A DNA stretch of 64,000 nucleotides from Diadema antillarum (Eukaryota): positions 62,001 to 126,000 of the forward strand of contig NW_027271832.1 in the NCBI RefSeq assembly GCF_040938485.1, given 5' to 3'. Numbering within the stretch: position 1 is the first letter of the stretch; every line of letters begins with the position of its first letter. Below the pieces are notes generated by a model. The model worked only from the letters and a program-made list of their open reading frames with translations, had not been told where the DNA came from and did no database searches. Shown piece by piece: positions 26,501-39,563 of this stretch. The translations under genes were made by a program, and so were the position numbers.

Positions 26501-29500
26501 AAAGTAACAAACCTGGTATATCATGTAACTCTGTATATAAAAGTATATCATACAGTAAACGAATATTTTCACCAATGTATCGACCTTCCAAAAATCCGGT
26601 TTGATTTCCATGTATCAAATATGATAAAAATGTCTTAAATCTGTTTGCTATACAACCAGATGCCAGTTTATATATTACATTCAATAAAGAAATTGGACGC
26701 CAATTCTTTAGAAACTGTCGGGGTTGATTTACTTTTGGAATTAATGTGATTACTCCCATTTTTTGTGCTCCCGACATTTGTCCTGAAAAATAAGCATAAT
26801 TTAAGGAATTTAACAAAAAAGATTTTATTTCCTTCCAAAAAACACGATAAAACTCCACGGTAAAACCGTCTAATCCGGGAGATTTATTACATTTCATATT
26901 TTTTAACACAGAGTATACCTCTTCTTCATTTAAGGGACCTTCTAATGATAACGACATTTGTTGTGATAGTTTTGGTATGTCAGAAGATGACAATAATAAG
27001 TCTAAATCTACATCTGTGGTTTCTTTTTCTTCATACAAACTGGAATAAAACTTAAACACTTCTTTCTGTATATCGCACTGATTCATAATAATATCATTTT
27101 CACAAAAAAGCTGACGAATTTGTCTATTAACATTATTCTGTTTTTCCAAGGTTAAGAAATACTTTGAGGGCTTCTCTCCTAATTCCATCCACTTAATCCT
27201 GCTTCTCATTGCGATTCTTTCATTTTCTTTTGAGCGTAATATTTCAAATTCTTCTTTCTGTTTATTTATTTCATCTAATATTTCGCTTTTATCATTACAC
27301 AGTAATAATTTTTCTTCTAAATTTTCTATATTTTTCTCCAATTCCTTTTCTCTATCAATATTTTGCTTTTTAATATAAGAAGCGTAAGAAATAGTTTCCC
27401 CACGTATTATCATCATTAAAGTTTCAAAAAATAACTGATCATTAACAGTCAGCTGACATTCACCAATTACGTTGTCACTGTGATCAAACTGGACATTTCC
27501 CTTTGCATAAAATATAATTGTATCTTTTATAATTTGTTTAATTTTCTGAACATATATTTCATCTTTCAATAAAATATTATTAAATTTCCAAAACCCTGGT
27601 CCCCGTTTAAACTCATTAAGATTTAAACTAAGAGAAACTTTAGCATGGTCAGTACGGTAACCTGAAGAAATATCAGTGTTACAAACTAAAGAGAGCAATT
27701 CGGAGGATATCAAAAAGAAGTCTAATCTACTTTGTTTAAAGGGATTTTGTTGCCGCCACGTATAACATCTTTCATCCGGATTACATATTCTCCATGGATC
27801 ACATAAACTTAAATCATTTTTCATTGTGTCTAATTGTTTTTTGGCCCTAGGGTTATTTACATGTACATAATTATATGTATCGAGGGTTGTATCCTGAACT
27901 AAGTTCCAATCACCACAAAGGATAGTATGTGGGTTTTCGAATTCTAATATAATCTTTTGAAGGTCAACAAAAAAATCAGGTTTATCAGTATTCGGACCAT
28001 ATAAAGATATAAATGTCAGATTATATTCATATAATTTCAAATCTAATATCACAAAGTTTCCTGTTTTATCTATCATAACTCTATTAACTTTTACTGGGAT
28101 TGTGTCTTTAAATAATATGGCGACACCTCTTGAGATTGAGGTATTACATGAAAGAAAACATTCACCTTTCCATTCCTTACGGATTTCTGCCTCAGTGCTC
28201 GGTATAAAATGAGTGTCTTGAATACAACAAACATCATACTTTTTTGACTTCAGATAAGACAAAACATCTTGCCTTTTTTGGCTATTCGCTAGGCCACGAC
28301 AATTCATCGAAATAAATTTTACATTATCCTGCATTAGGTAAATATACCTTCAGAAAACGTGCAAAAGGACAACCTGTGGAAGTAGTTTTCAAATGAATTA
28401 CACACAATAGACTACAAAAGACAAATAGCAAAACACACACGGGAGAGGGCGTGCTAACCAAAACTCGGTTGCTTACCCGAAGAGTCTCAAGCGACCCCTC
28501 AACAACAATTAAAGATAAAATAAACCCAAAACCCCAAAAGAAGCTCCATGGGAACACCTACCCCCAGAGTACTTAGAAAAAATGTTTGCAAACCGAGATG
28601 CCACGAAATGGTGGCACCTCTGCGTGAAACAATTAAAATTAGCATGTACACACTGCTTTCAAATACTAGTACACCCCTGTAGCCCGCGTATGCCTCGTAC
28701 CAACGTATTCGTGTCTGTCATGTATCTCGGGTCGAGGGAACCCTGAAAATACTTCAAACAAAACTACCATATAATGTCATAAACATGTATATATTATGCA
28801 TACATGTATGTATAGACATATAATGTATAATAACACATCCATATCCATACACACACATGCACATACATGTATGATATACACTTTTGCAACCCAGTCATGA
28901 ATAAACCAACCTGTGTGAGCATTCACAGGTGTTGAAAACCAACCTATCCCTTTCCGCCATGCAAAAACATAGCCCCATATTCAAAAGGAAAACATGTGGA
29001 ATATCTGCCTATTCATTTGCACGTTCATGCATGTCAAAAAACATCACCCTTGGTAAACACGAACAATTCTCTGTTCAATGTCACTGCATATCAGCAAAGC
29101 AAACTGAAACTAACTCTTAAAGGGATTATACAGTTCTGGTTGAGACCCAATTTCAGGTTTCCAACATTTTTTGGTGAGATAATGAGAAACCTCCTATGAA
29201 ATATGAAAAAGCATGTAATTCCATGAGAAATTCAACGTCTATCCGAAGAAAACCGGCCCCGAAACGCCCGAGACATCCAAAACAGAGCGATTCCAATAAA
29301 GTGTGGGACCCACATTTTATTACGATTGCTGTGTTTCACTCTGCTTTTGGATGCCCCAGCCATTCCAAACCCGATCCCCACCGAACAAACCCCGAATTCC
29401 TCCTAAAATGGTACGCTCTGTACTATGTCCCAAGAGTCTTCCTGGTATCTCACAAAAAGCCAAAAGCCCAATTTTCAACTCCACCAACACTGTACTATCC

Positions 29501-32500
29501 CTTTAACATAATATTAGAATCACTATTAACTTTAGCATCCATATTGTCTTGATTACACTGACCCCAAGTGATATCCACCCATAAAAGAAATACCAACCTC
29601 TGCGTGACACAATTGCAATTAGCATGTATCATCCCTTCACAGTACACTTGTATAACCGGTGTCATGCACAAACCGAGACGCAGAAAACAAAATATGATAA
29701 CACTGAAGTAAGAAGTGGAGAATGAAAGGAGTATGATATCAGATGTTGACTGTATTGTTCATCAATCTACTGATGTACATACAGTGTACAAGTATTTCGA
29801 GCTCAAGCTGACTGAAATGCAAGTATCACAATCCAACGTTAGATAGAAAGAATTATATTTAGAAATGAGTAATACAGACAACATTAGGTAATCCATCTGT
29901 TTTGCTGTGGATCCTTGTAAAGTTCAACACTTGAAAACTTTTCCCTGTGTACAATGTACAGTTGTACACACTTCAAATCCTGTACATAGTGCTAATACTG
30001 AAAGTGGCAGTTAATGAGGTATGAGATGTGATGTTCACTTTTCAAGTTTGTTAATTCTGGCAGAATCTACATGTAGTCAGTGCCAGTCATTGTCAAATAT
30101 TAAAATGTCAGTTTGTGAGACGACTTGTAGGAAATGGAAAACATGTATCAGATGTTGTAATGATGTTCCAATGTACACTGTATCTCGACTCTTATTCCCT
30201 TATTGAGTTTTCTTCTGTAAACAGACAAAATACTTTGTTCAGTTGATGGATTATTTATGGGGAGGGGGCAGGGGGGTCATCATGTTTGTGAGCCTAATTA
30301 TACATGTAATGCTTACATAAAATTGCAATTTGATTCAAACACATATTAGTCCAAAATACAATGACATCGGTTAAACCCATGTTGTGACATGTAGGGTACA
30401 TTTACTTTGGGACTTGGGGTGTATTTAAGGACACTGCATTTCATCCCGTGTTGTTTGCCAGGTATATCTTGCTGTTCAAGAGAAGTACAGCTTCTGACTA
30501 AAACATATGATTCGTTTTTTACGTTCAAATCCACAGGTACAGCTACATGATTGACAACATCATCCTGCTGATCACAGGGACACTCCACCATCGCTCCATC
30601 TCAGAACTCATCCCCAAGTGTCATCCTCTAGGCAGCTTTGAGCAGATGGAGGCGGTCAACGTTGCCCAGACCCCAGCTGACCTCTACAATGCCATCATCG
30701 TGGACACTCCACTTGGTCAGTGTGACTTTAAAAGTCTTACCACAGCACATGCGTTTGCACTCCATGGATGCAGGGTTTCTAGAAAATTGTAACATTGTTT
30801 TTAGATACAGCTGTATACTAAATTCATACTCAGTAGCTGCCAGATGGATGATTACATGTTGCTTGCTAATTTAAGAATGAAAACTTTACTTCTAAGAAAA
30901 TATGAAAAATGTGTGTTTGACAATATTAACAGAAAAAGATAGGAGATCACCTACTGATATTTGTGATCTAAAAAATAACTCAAATCCAACTCTAGTGTAG
31001 GTTAATTGGTAAAGTGGTAAGTTGAGAAAACAGTCTACATTTTGTGTAAAATAGTGATGGAGAAAAAAAAAAAGATCAGCCACAGGCTTTGCACAAGAAA
31101 GAATGACCAGTGTGGATATTCAAAATTAGAGCTTTATACCCAATTATATTATCAGTCTTATTATAAAATAGTGTTCTATTTCTTTTATTCTCTGCTTTCT
31201 GGACTGTGTAGGATATTTCAGTTTGGGAATATCAAAACTTCTCTCACAAAGCATTCTTCTCATCTGAGAATTTTCTGCTCATATTATGGTATTTGATTTT
31301 TTTTGTCATCTATTTGTGACATGAAAAAGAGTTCTAAGCAATACAGCATTTTTGTCTCCCAATAGTCTACAGAATATTAAATCGTAAACCGACATGGGAT
31401 GGAGCATTAATGCACATTTGATAGCTATCATTGCACTCCAAGAAATAGGCCATGGCATTATGCATGCAAATTATCATTGTAGTCATTGGTTGCAGTACAA
31501 CATTCCATGAAGTAGATATACATTTGTATATTTGCTGCAGTAATCATTCTGTATTGAGATGGCTGTGAACACCATGTTACAAAATATAACTACATGTAAA
31601 TATGTCATTAGTCTATGTTGAACAGGATAAAGTATAGACACCTGCTCGAAAGAGAAGATATGAATACATTATGTATTTGCCTTGTTAATGATTTCTCATC
31701 TTCTCTATCATTCCTGCAGCTCCTTTCTTCCAAGACTGCATCTCAGAACAGGATCTAGATGAGATGAACACTGAGATCATTCGAAACACCCTCTACAAGG
31801 CCTACCTGGAAGCCTTCTACAAGATGTGCAAGGACATCGGAGGTGCCACAGCAGACTCCATGTGCACCATTCTTGGAGTGAGTCTCCTTGTTTGGAGTAA
31901 AATTGTGATTTAAAGGCATAGTATACCATTTGCTGATGTAACAAAAACCCAGCATTAATGCTTTGAAATAGTTCTAAAATGTGAGTTAGGATAGAAATTA
32001 CCACTGTAAAAATTTGAATCGGTAAAGTCAATGTTAAGTATTATACAAAATGTGAACAATAGTTTAATAATAATAATGTTTCCAGACTAAACCGTCTACA
32101 GTTAAGGTTTACTGACAAAAATACAGATACAGTGTATCTCCTTATATTTTAGGCTTTATTACGAAAATTTTATATGGTAGGACGTTTTGTGGTACAACAG
32201 ACCTACACATACAGCGTATGCATAATGCATTAAATGTCACATCTTGAAAATTTTTTAAATCACTGTTCCCAGAGGTAAACAGAACCTTTAATTACCTTGA
32301 GACATATTAGCCCTCATCAGGTATGATGGCAAACACTTCCTAGAAGTAACTTCATTCATGTTTGGGGTTTGAGTATGCAAACATGTTAGAATACAATATT
32401 CATTAGGGGAATAACTGTTCTTTATTTTGACCTACTTGGAACAAAAAACAGATCAGAAAAACAGATGAAAACTTTACAATAAACTGGTAGATTATTGATG

Positions 32501-35500
32501 ATGAATAGGGAGCAAAGATTGAAGAAACCAGATGATGCACAAAAAGGATGGAAAATGTTACTGCTCAGCTCAAAACCCCCAAAAGTAGGCTAAAATGAAT
32601 TTCTACTTTCTACATAGTTAAGAAGAGTAGTAAAAAAAAAAATTCTAAGCTTTAAAATGATTATTACTTGTTGAAATCGGCCCAGCCTAACCCATTCCAA
32701 AAGTGATTGAAATGAGAGTTTGGCGGTGCAGTTCTGTCGAAATGGAAGAAAAGAGGATTTAGAATTAGAGTCACTTGGGTGTGCTGTGCAGAAATATGAA
32801 AGAAGATATATTCTATTTCCCAGTGAAAGTAGCGCTTGTTCAAATAAATATGGTTCTGAAAAACTGCTATTATTTCCATTTCTGTTTGGTTTAACGAAGA
32901 CACCAAATTGTGACAATATGTAGAGAAAAGATTACTATTCCAGGTAAGACAAACTTTTAAAAATTTGAGTCATTTACCAAATGAGATGTTTTTGTCCATT
33001 GTAGAGAATCAGAATCACAGCTTTTTGTGGGTTTTATGCTGGGTGGTCACAAATGATTCAGGTGATGAATGGACAGCATTGATTAAAATTCATCGTTCTT
33101 GCACCACTGCAGTGAGGTAAAAAATTGACGTGTGTGTTTTTGAGAAGCTTTTCTGCAATAATCTTTGTTGTGAATGTCTTGCTGAAACTGCATGAAAATA
33201 ACTCCCTCTTTACATGCAAAAATTAATGGGATACATATACAGCCCCCATACTGCATTGTACTGCTATGCTTTTGAAGTGCAATATTATGGCTCCTGGGCC
33301 GAGTATGAGACCACACAAATAGGGAATGGTAGGGGATTGAACCCCTTAAGAAGGCCATGCGATGTATGCAAGAAGTCCACCTCCTTCCACCCACTGAATG
33401 TGACACCTGCATTCGTAAAGATAATGGAACATGTCCCAATGCCTTCTGCAGCCATGGTGAGACATGCAGGGCATCTAGTGTAATGGGTTGTTTGGAGTTG
33501 TTTGCCTAGTTTTGGGTGGTCTTGTTGAAACAAATAAAAAAGAAAATTAACAGCTGAATAAAGAAAAAAAATCTATGATCATGGAATTGTCAGTTTATCA
33601 AGATTGCTTTTGTATCTGAACTATTTTTAGCCATGCCTTGAATTGTTCAACATATACAAGTTTCGATAAAGAGTGAGATATGCTCAGTCACTGTTGTTAC
33701 TGAAATGTGATCCTTTACTTTCATCCATTTGTGCCACCTACTACCAGTTTGAAGCCGACAGGAGGGCCTTCATCATCACCATCAACTCGTTTGGGACAGA
33801 ACTGACCAGAGAGGACCGGTCCAAGCTGTACCCCCGCTGTGGTATGCTCTACCCTGATGGTCTGGCTGCCCTTGCCAAGTGTGATGACTATGACCAAGTC
33901 AGGGCTGTCGCCCACAACTATGCTGTAAGACATTCTTTATCCCACACCATTTCCTTGTTTAACCTAGTTTAAGTTGTTTCATTTACAACTAGTGTATTCC
34001 ACAGGGTGTCCCCTGTCTCTCCGTGTTGAAAAGTAGGTTAGATAGTGAAGCAAGAGAAGGATACCAGGTACCACACTGTCCATATATTTTGATGGTAATC
34101 ATCCAAGCAAGGGAACTAAGCTGTACAGGAGCTTGGGCAACAAGATGTACTGATAGATGGTTACCTGCACCGAAGTTAGGTCAACCAGATTATTTTATTT
34201 GGGTTTTCTTAGATTTTTGGCAATCATTTCTAATTTCATTGCTTGTTTGTGTGTTTGTTTGTTTGTTTGTTGGGGAATATGTGATTGGGCAGATTGAGTG
34301 AGAAGTGCAATAATTTTATTTCATTGATTTGATTGTAAATTTGTTTCTCATGTTTTCTTCTTAAAAAAAAAAAAAAAGACTTATTGGCGTCATAAGGTGA
34401 TGATAGTAGTTTGGTCAGGACAGACTTGTAGCTATGTCTCTGTGAGATTAACATTTGTACAAACGTTTTCTTTTTTTAGGAGAGAATATGGTCTCTCTTG
34501 TAAGTCTGTGGTTGATTTTTCCTTCCTTAGGATGATAAATGCAGAAGTACTCCAAAGCAGTCCATGACACCATACATGTTGAAATATTGTTATAAGTGGA
34601 ACATAGCATATAACTTCCAGATATATTGAAATAGGAATAAAAAAGAAAAGAGGCTGTAGAAAATCTCTAGCCTTATGCCAAGAGCAGTGCCAAAAAAATC
34701 CTTATCGTCTGCCTGCTACTAACTGATACTACATCCATGGTTTGTATTTCCACAGGAGTACAAGGTGCTGTTTGAAGGCTCAGGAACCAATCCAGGCGAG
34801 AAGACCTTGGAGGACAAGTTCTTTGAACATGAGGCAAGGACACCACAGATGCTCTTTGTTTAGAATAAAAATAGAAATGTCTTCCCTTCCCAGGGAGCCA
34901 AGGAATTAGTTTCTGTATTATTTCATTTTATTTTGGAACTTGTGATTCTCAGGAACAGACATGACATTGTCGTCCTATTCAATGTGAAAAGTTTTTTACC
35001 TGTCGACATGCTCTTTAGCATTGTATTAAATATTGCCATGTGTTAATTCATTCCTTCATTTCATATAATAGTTCATCACAAATATTGTGGTCACATAATT
35101 TCATCAACTATCTGTCTGAAGCATGTCGGCATTTTGCATGTGTAATGCCATAAGAGTAAATATAGATTATCATTATAGCATTCATAGAAGTTCCTGGAGT
35201 TTTTTGGGACTTCAATAGGTTTGTTTCAGTTGTGTATAAAGAGTTCTGACGCAATGCTGAGACTTTACGTTAATCCGTTGACTTTACCCACTTCCATTGG
35301 TCAGATGAAGTTTTAGCAGGTGGACCAAATTTTCACATACTCTAAAGCAAGATATTTTCACTGCATGAAAATTTTTGCCAATTGGAGCCAACAGCCTTTT
35401 TGCTGCATGAAATTTGCGCAAATTGCCACTGGCATTCAGTGCATATAGTGCAGACAAGAACTTTCTCATGCATTTAGTTATGCGAATCTTGACATTCACA

Positions 35501-35994
35501 AAATTAAAATGTATGCGAACATTTCTGGTTTTACAGTAGATGAAATCATTCATGTGGTCATTGGCTACATGATATAAGTACCCAAGAGCTTGCTTGAATT
35601 ATTAGGAGAATAGATGTGTAATGTGGATGCTAGGACTGCCATATGCCTGGTATGTATCTTTATAAATACATTGATAACTCCCTATGTCATTATTTGTGCT
35701 TTGTTAATTTGATGTTGTTATTTTGGGGTGGGGTTGGTGATATTGGTAGCTGCCATCACATGGTATTCTATGACAGATGAAGATTGTATGTGAGGTTTTG
35801 ACTCTTACAACTTTTCTCCCCTTTGACAACAGGTCAGATTAAACCTCAACGCGTTCCTCCAGCAATTCCACTTCGGCGTCTTCTATGCATACGTCAAACT
35901 CAAGGAGCAGGAGTGCCGTAACATTGTCTGGATCGCCGAGTGCGTAGCTCAGAGGCAGCGTGGGAAGATAGACAACTACATTCCAATCATGTAA
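17599..35994 (+). CDS. ATP6V0D1: V-type proton ATPase V0 subunit d, 7 coding exons, 348 aa
   Basis: Exons: 17599-17719, 24074-24245, 30537-30715, 31720-31877, 33748-33924, 34756-34833, 35833-35994; total 1047 nt. Motifs: [109 protein letters not shown]. The intron 6 donor is GC. Confidence 0.97.
18170..20539. mobile_element. Non-autonomous DNA element with GGGTGGTATTCTGAAA TIRs and TTCCTAAG subterminal repeats
   Basis: Inverted termini at 18170 and 20539; many CTTCCTAAG/CTTAGGAAG repeats at both ends; no clean TSD. Confidence 0.65.
18290..20057. mobile_element. Kolobok-like element nested in the preceding element
   Basis: About 33-bp TIRs GGCCAAGTAAAAAAAGAAA...TTCTCGTCC; right flank TTAA, left flank CTTA. 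Confidence 0.7.
23462..23921. mobile_element. Non-autonomous DNA transposon with a 7-bp TSD (P-element- or hAT-like)
   Basis: CCTTATG at 23455-23461 and 23922-23928; TIR CAGGGCTCGACACTAA / TTAGTGTCAAGCCATG; many GGGCCACCAAA subterminal repeats. Confidence 0.8.
24546..28334 (-). CDS. LINE ORF2p: AP endonuclease + reverse transcriptase + C-terminal CCHC (1262 aa)
   Basis: APE motifs (NCRGL, IQDTH, CGDWN, SRLDFFL, TDH), RT motifs ([34 protein letters not shown]) and CTFC...HIFCSC. No stops or frameshifts. Confidence 0.96.
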   Translation of the reverse strand: MQDNVKFISMNCRGLANSQKRQDVLSYLKSKKYDVCCIQDTHFIPSTEAEIRKEWKGECFLSCNTSISRGVAILFKDTIPVKVNRVMIDKTGNFVILDLKLYEYNLTFISLYGPNTDKPDFFVDLQKIILEFENPHTILCGDWNLVQDTTLDTYNYVHVNNPRAKKQLDTMKNDLSLCDPWRICNPDERCYTWRQQNPFKQSRLDFFLISSELLSLVCNTDISSGYRTDHAKVSLSLNLNEFKRGPGFWKFNNILLKDEIYVQKIKQIIKDTIIFYAKGNVQFDHSDNVIGECQLTVNDQLFFETLMMIIRGETISYASYIKKQNIDREKELEKNIENLEEKLLLCNDKSEILDEINKQKEEFEILRSKENERIAMRSRIKWMELGEKPSKYFLTLEKQNNVNRQIRQLFCENDIIMNQCDIQKEVFKFYSSLYEEKETTDVDLDLLLSSSDIPKLSQQMSLSLEGPLNEEEVYSVLKNMKCNKSPGLDGFTVEFYRVFWKEIKSFLLNSLNYAYFSGQMSGAQKMGVITLIPKVNQPRQFLKNWRPISLLNVIYKLASGCIANRFKTFLSYLIHGNQTGFLEGRYIGENIRLLYDILLYTELHDIPGLLLLIDFEKAFDSVSHKFLFKVLDFFNFGQSMKKWVQLFYNNATSSVLVNGYFTDRFKIEQGCRQGDPLSPYLFLLVSEILGIMIRHTNSVVGLQINEKNFKVLQYADDTLLTLNGSDQDLKDAFEIFDTFANISNLRINPRKTKIIWIGKNRNCRIKLLEDCNFDWIFQGRYFRYLGIEFSVKLYEMVEQNYCEKMKDITNTMTSWSKRSLTVLGRITVVKSLLMSKLNYLLLSLPEPNFKTLTDINRCFYSFIWENKPDKINRNQMCQLYCHGGTKMIDIFMHAKSLKISWIRRFICDPQTENYTFHMFRSFLPQPVSFHLFMGSLYYKKLANVMSNDFWKEVLLAFSEFLQINTNDNWASQPLWNNPLIKMNNNTVYFKSWCEKGVRFINDLLDNDGKFLSYFEFQRKFDIQTNFLQHGGLCNSIQSFAKNRMSKIADPFIPHGLNVILKHKKGCSDIYQTLLRHTSKHCNSFVKWSSMLDLDDETWSLYCLIPFESTIDINMRWFQFKILNRILYMKDALLKFGFVTDKKCTFCNDSEETIMHIFCSCPYSNNIWNKFERWLLLKIDKQIVFTNQHKLFGLYGLNNSALNCMMIVIRREIFSAKLKKTVPSFEHIISEIKCYFEMEKCISQMNSREKTFVKKWALFIKCF
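29121..29502. mobile_element. TTAA-flanked MITE (AGGG...CCCT termini, Kolobok-like) nested in the LINE 5' region
   Basis: TTAA at 29117-29120 and 29503-29506; TIR AGGGATTATACAGT / ACTGTACTATCCCT. Confidence 0.85.
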
Positions 35995-38900
35995 ATTAAT
36001 GTATGATAGTAAGAGTACATACAGCAAGCAATCAATCTTTGCTCTGCTTTTATCATTGATTTGACAAAGGTGAGATTTAGGGGTGGGGTTTGTCTGGGCA
36101 GGAAGGACATGCAAAATGAAATCTCTCGGTGTCCGTATACTGCTTTTGGACAAGTGAAGTCACGTACGTTTTTGACACAGGCATAACCATGTTAATGACC
36201 CAACTCATTTTATGTGGTGGACTAGACATGGAAAATGTTTGAATGTCATCGTTTATTTTTCTCTTCAAGTTGTGACAGTAATCATGTGCAACCTGCACAG
36301 CGTGGTATTGTTATGTGATGAAGTGACAAGCTTGATGGACGGATTGATCTTGACATCGAAGCATTCTCCCATGTCCGCTTTGTCAAGTTTATCTGTTCAA
36401 AGGCCCCACCTCTGGCCATGTGCAATTGGATTAATTGCTTGCTGCTAACAGCCAAATGTTTATTAGGAACTGTTCATGGAGTTATGTTGGCAGAGCGTAT
36501 ACTTATATATTGTTAGAGTGGTATACATTATGCATGCTATAATATATATCAAGTTTGTTCCTAGTATGTGGATGGTGCGAGATATTGAATAAGCCCAAAA
36601 AAGATATAGGTGCCACAAGTGATGTGAAAAGATCATTGGTGGTGTCTGTCTGTAACAGCATTCCTGTGTATGCATTGAGTGTAGATGGCATTGCAGTCAA
36701 TCTTTCTGTTTAATCCTTCACAACATTTATGTGGTTTAGTTTTCTAGACCCTTGAGTTTGGTCGCCATGAAACATTTGTGTCATTGTATACTAACATACC
36801 TCCTCTGGTTGCTGGGACACTAAGCAACATTGTTGCTGTAAATTTACAAATTGCATTGCCCTGTTTTGGTCGGCTTATTCCTTGTTTTTTTTTAAAGATT
36901 TTTTTTCTCCATTTTCTGCTTTGTATCAATCCCCTGCAGAAGCAAAGCATTTTGAGTATTCCCACGTGAGTCATAATATAGGTTTGTTTTTCATAAGTTT
37001 CATATTTATGGTATTGCTGGTATTGTCTCATAAACGTGTGAAAGCTGTAATTCCTCAGATATGTTTCTTGACCCAACTTCTGATTAGCATCGCCTCCATT
37101 TTGTGTTGTTAGATTTATCAAATGAGAATGCTTATAATCCATGTATTGTGTAAATTCAAGTAGGCATTTATTACCCCCTACATGTTACGTCTATTACATG
37201 GCTTCCCATGTGCAATTTAACTGTTTATATCTTATGTGTTCTATCAATCTAGAACCTCAACATCGTGTTGAATGAATTTTTTTGCCAGTTTACCAGTTTG
37301 TCACGTAAGCAAAAGTATGATGTGCTGTGACTTCAGAAACTTGTGGCTCTAAGCCACAGGACCTTAAAAATCATGGGTAGGCAAGTGATAAAACATCATA
37401 GAGAAACTGTATATTTTTATGTTTTGTAGCCAAGCTAGCATCAATATTTGTATTTGTGTTTGTATTTTGATTCTTTCATTTAGTCATATTTTCATTCCAA
37501 ACACAGTACTCTGAAGCATGTTCTCATTAAGCATGTACAGTGTATATCATAAACCAGTTTTGTGAAGGACTGGATGGAACCCGATATTATGTTAGTCATA
37601 AAACATGTATTCCCTGAAATTCACTAATCCTCACATATCTGACAAGCATTTAGAAGTGACATAATGAAGTCATAATCACAATATTTTGTGTAATTCTCCC
37701 TGTCAAAGGTACTGCAATGAATCAGCCAATGGTTTGGTGTGTACTGCATCTCTCTACCTTTATCTGTCCAATGCTGTGTGATACTTTCTGTTATGATTAG
37801 AAGCTGCCAATTTATTTTAAGTGAATTATAACAATTTTCTCTGTCAAAAATGACACAAAAAAAATAGAAAAAGATTAAAGACTTTAAGTGATGGTAATAT
37901 GCCCACCCAAATCAAATCTTCACTTAGCCCTTTGCATAGAATTTCACGAACAGAAGTAAAAGTACAGGTAGATACAATATGCAGAAGCTAGGGTAAATTG
38001 TCCTCTCTGTTTCATTTGGTCAGCAATATGTGCATTTGCAATTTCCAAATCTTTGGTTTTCTTTTTAAGTACAAAAGAAGAAGATGATCAATAATTTTCA
38101 AAATTCTGCTAGGTTTATTTGGAGACATTGATTTATCCATATGTTTCATGTTCCAGCTGTGTCAAATTGCAGTACATTATATCAGGTACCATTAGTACTT
38201 CGTGCATATTTCTAGAGCTGTTTGGTTTTCCTGACCCAAAAGGAGGCTCTTTGACGTCAGAATGAATTCTTTAGTCCTAACAAAAGAATATCAAAGCCTG
38301 TCATACTTAGCCAATCATTGTCTACAAGATGTGTGAAAGCATCTCCCTGAATGCTCCTTGGTGTCATCTATGATTTGATATGTAAGTGCTGGCAGCCCCA
38401 ATTAATGCCACAATTCTTTACATAACTTTGCTGGAATTATTGGTGTAATTCACATTTGTTAATTGTATTAATTGTGTCAATTTGTTAATTAATTCTCATT
38501 CGTTTATTATGATAATGATCATACTTAGGGAATATTAGTTGTTTCATAGATCAGGAGACAGTTCACTTTGTATAAGGAGGGCTTGATGTCTACAGAAATT
38601 GGGAAAATCAGAAAACGTACACACCAATGACATTGAGATATTCTAGTTGTTGTTGTGGGTTTGTTTGTTTTTTTTTTTGGGGGGGGAGGGGGAGATGGTT
38701 TGGTTCGTTTTAATTTAGTTTGTTTTTTTTTTGTCCCATGTTGGGGAACAGTACTGTGGGGTATTTTATGTGTGGCCAATATTTTGACTACACAGTATAT
38801 TCCTAAGACATTTTTTTAATGGGAGAAACATGATCGCATTGTTTGTTGTTAATGTACGTGCATGAATATCAATAGTAAGTAAATGTCAGAGATATATTGT

Positions 38901-39563
38901 ATTACTTATTATACGTGAAATATATGTGGTGTAAATGATACAAAAGTCAAGTTTAGGGAGTCTTCATTGTCTGTTCGATAAGAATGTGTTAGACAAGAGT
39001 TGCAGTGAGAGTAGATGTCAGTTGTGAGTGCATTGTCAAACTCTTATCAGGTAGGTACATTGTGTTATTAAGCGCTTTTAGTAATAGAGATGTTGTAACA
39101 TTACTCATAGGACCATCAGAATACATGTATAATGTTCACCTAGAAAATAGTGTGAGATGTGACTTTCTTTACTGAAATCCATTGCATATAAAAAGACGAT
39201 ACAAATGATCAAACACTGAAGTCATCGACAAGATTTGAAAGAGGCATGAATTTACTTCAAAGATAAGCCAAATCAAACAATGTTATGCATGTACAATTTA
39301 TTCATAATGCTGCAGAGCCATTGCTTGGCATTTATTACATAGAAAGTCTTCTAAAAACGTTAATAATGGGTTATTATAGAATGGGTAGCGAGAATCCTGC
39401 GATCTGATTGGTCGAGAGCTATGTGTTCATTTTTACTGGCCGCACGCTGAGTCACAGTGGTAAACATGTTATCGCGCACTTAGCAAGAGTACGCGTACTT
39501 GTAACAAAGGTTCGCGCACTAAAGCAAGCGTTCGCGCACTCAGCTTGGCCATGCATCCAGTAT

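Larger units (their letters stand above)
24338..29681 (-). mobile_element. L1/Tx1-clade non-LTR retrotransposon insertion in ATP6V0D1 intron 2
   Basis: 14-bp TSD AGAAAACAAAATAT (24324-24337 and 29682-29695), poly(A) seen as a T-run at 24337-24354, AATAAA at 24371-24376 on minus, intact ORF2. Confidence 0.95.

Noticed and set aside
31910-32960. Possible TTAA|AGGCATAG Kolobok-like element
   Set aside because: I could not find a matching right terminus, so boundaries are unsupported.
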